Shown: positions 63,081 through 64,000 of the stretch, piece after piece
Position numbering within the stretch: position 1 is the stretch's first letter
How the letters are laid out: every line of letters starts with the position of its first letter
NCBI GenBank assembly: GCA_013239625.1
Contig: MU057036.1
Coordinates: 14,978,655-15,042,654, forward strand
DNA from: Lama guanicoe
Lineage: Eukaryota
DNA: 64,000 nt
Direction of reading: 5' to 3'
Position numbers and translations under genes: made by a program
The notes under the pieces: model-generated
Database searches by the model: none
Told to the model about the DNA's origin: nothing
Seen by the model: only the letters and a program-made list of their open reading frames with translations

Positions 63081-63469
63081 ACCTAGACTGTCTACTAGAG
63101 TAACAGTGAAGAATGCAGTTTGCTCAGAGTCAAACTGATGTTGCTCAGGCTTTGTTCCAAAGTTTAAAAGGGAGCACTAGGCTGGGGAACAGGCAATATC
63201 AAACCATTAAACAGATACCTTTGGGGGATTTTTCCTCGGATGATGAAAATGATGTTTGTATTTTTAAACTGTCGAATCTTACTATTTTTTACCTTTTGAA
63301 TGTTAGATATAGAATGGTAAACCTTTCCTTAATCATTCTAACTAAGCTTAGGTTAATTGTTTTTTCCAATCCCCTTCTCACTAGTTTTTTTTTTTTTTAA
63401 CCGAGACAAACCCGTTCTTAACCCTCCCTTAAACTCTGCTCAATCAAGAGCTAACTGCAACACTCTCAT

Positions 63470-63615
63470 GTTGGCCTGTTGTATTATTTATATTTCCTTC
63501 TCCCCACTAGATTATTAAACTCCCTTGGGGAGGAAAATGTTTCTGTTCAAGTCTGCATCCCTTGCACCTAACATAGAACTTGTCAATAGTCAATAAATAT
63601 TTGCTGAATGGATGA
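63470..63615 (+). mobile_element. L2 3' end
   Basis: ccccactagattattaaactcc...gcacctaacatag...caataaatatttgctgaatg. Confidence 0.8.
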
Positions 63616-64000
63616 CAATAGCAGCATGGGAATAGCTACAAGGCCCCTACCACCACCACCACCATAACAACAACAACAAAACCACACAAAGGGGATCCAG
63701 ACAGGTACATAAGACGGAGGCTTTGGAGCTGATTTGGATGCAAGTTATGTAAACTCTTTAAGCCTTCATTTTCTTATCTGCAAAATAGGAATAATAATGT
63801 GGTGGAGTTATATCTTTCTCAGCATGTAATTGTAATCACCTTAAAACCCTCACATCATCCATGAAGTGAAATAAGTATACATAGTTTGGTACATTCCTCT
63901 GCCGACTGAGCAGCTCCAAAATAGTTCCCCCCTCTCTTGTTTACTTTTGAGCATGGATTAGATAGATGGACTATATATATAAAATACACAAGACAGAGCA

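Noticed and set aside
1-64000. CRISPR arrays, rRNA/tRNA genes, prokaryotic systems, tRNA-derived lineage SINEs
   Set aside because: No regularly spaced repeats or RNA-gene motifs seen; sequence is mammalian. Short SINEs could still be hidden in the N gaps.

Overview
Eutherian (non-primate, non-rodent) genomic DNA. Young L1 3'UTR copies of cetartiodactyl type, with no visible Alu, B1, PRE-1, Bov-A/tA or CHR SINEs, suggest a camelid (inference). I recognise no known host protein-coding gene, RNA gene or CRISPR array. Most ORF-track entries are repeat-derived, chance, or run through one of seven N gaps. About half the window is ancient interspersed repeat: MIR, L2, CR1/L3, L1M, ERVL/MaLR LTRs and hAT MITEs, plus one deleted ERV-L provirus with readable gag, integrase and dUTPase remnants. 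Subfamily names come from remembered consensus motifs and boundaries are approximate. The first ~8.5 kb is repeat-poor, keeps its CpGs and looks regulatory. It has two back-to-back perfect CAG|GTAAGT donors around GC/TATA/CCAAT motifs (8161-8345) and a candidate minus-strand three-exon chain (8242-8177, 5308-5217, 2451-2387) that splices into an open Arg/Cys-rich small ORF. Other leads: a symmetric, fully open 279-nt plus-strand exon candidate (56289-56567); two tandem internally deleted L1s sharing the same 5' end; a near-perfect 123-bp duplication inside the old ERV-L gag; a perfect NRF2/sMaf ARE; and a MARE pair. All gene-structure calls are hypotheses needing RNA or conservation data.
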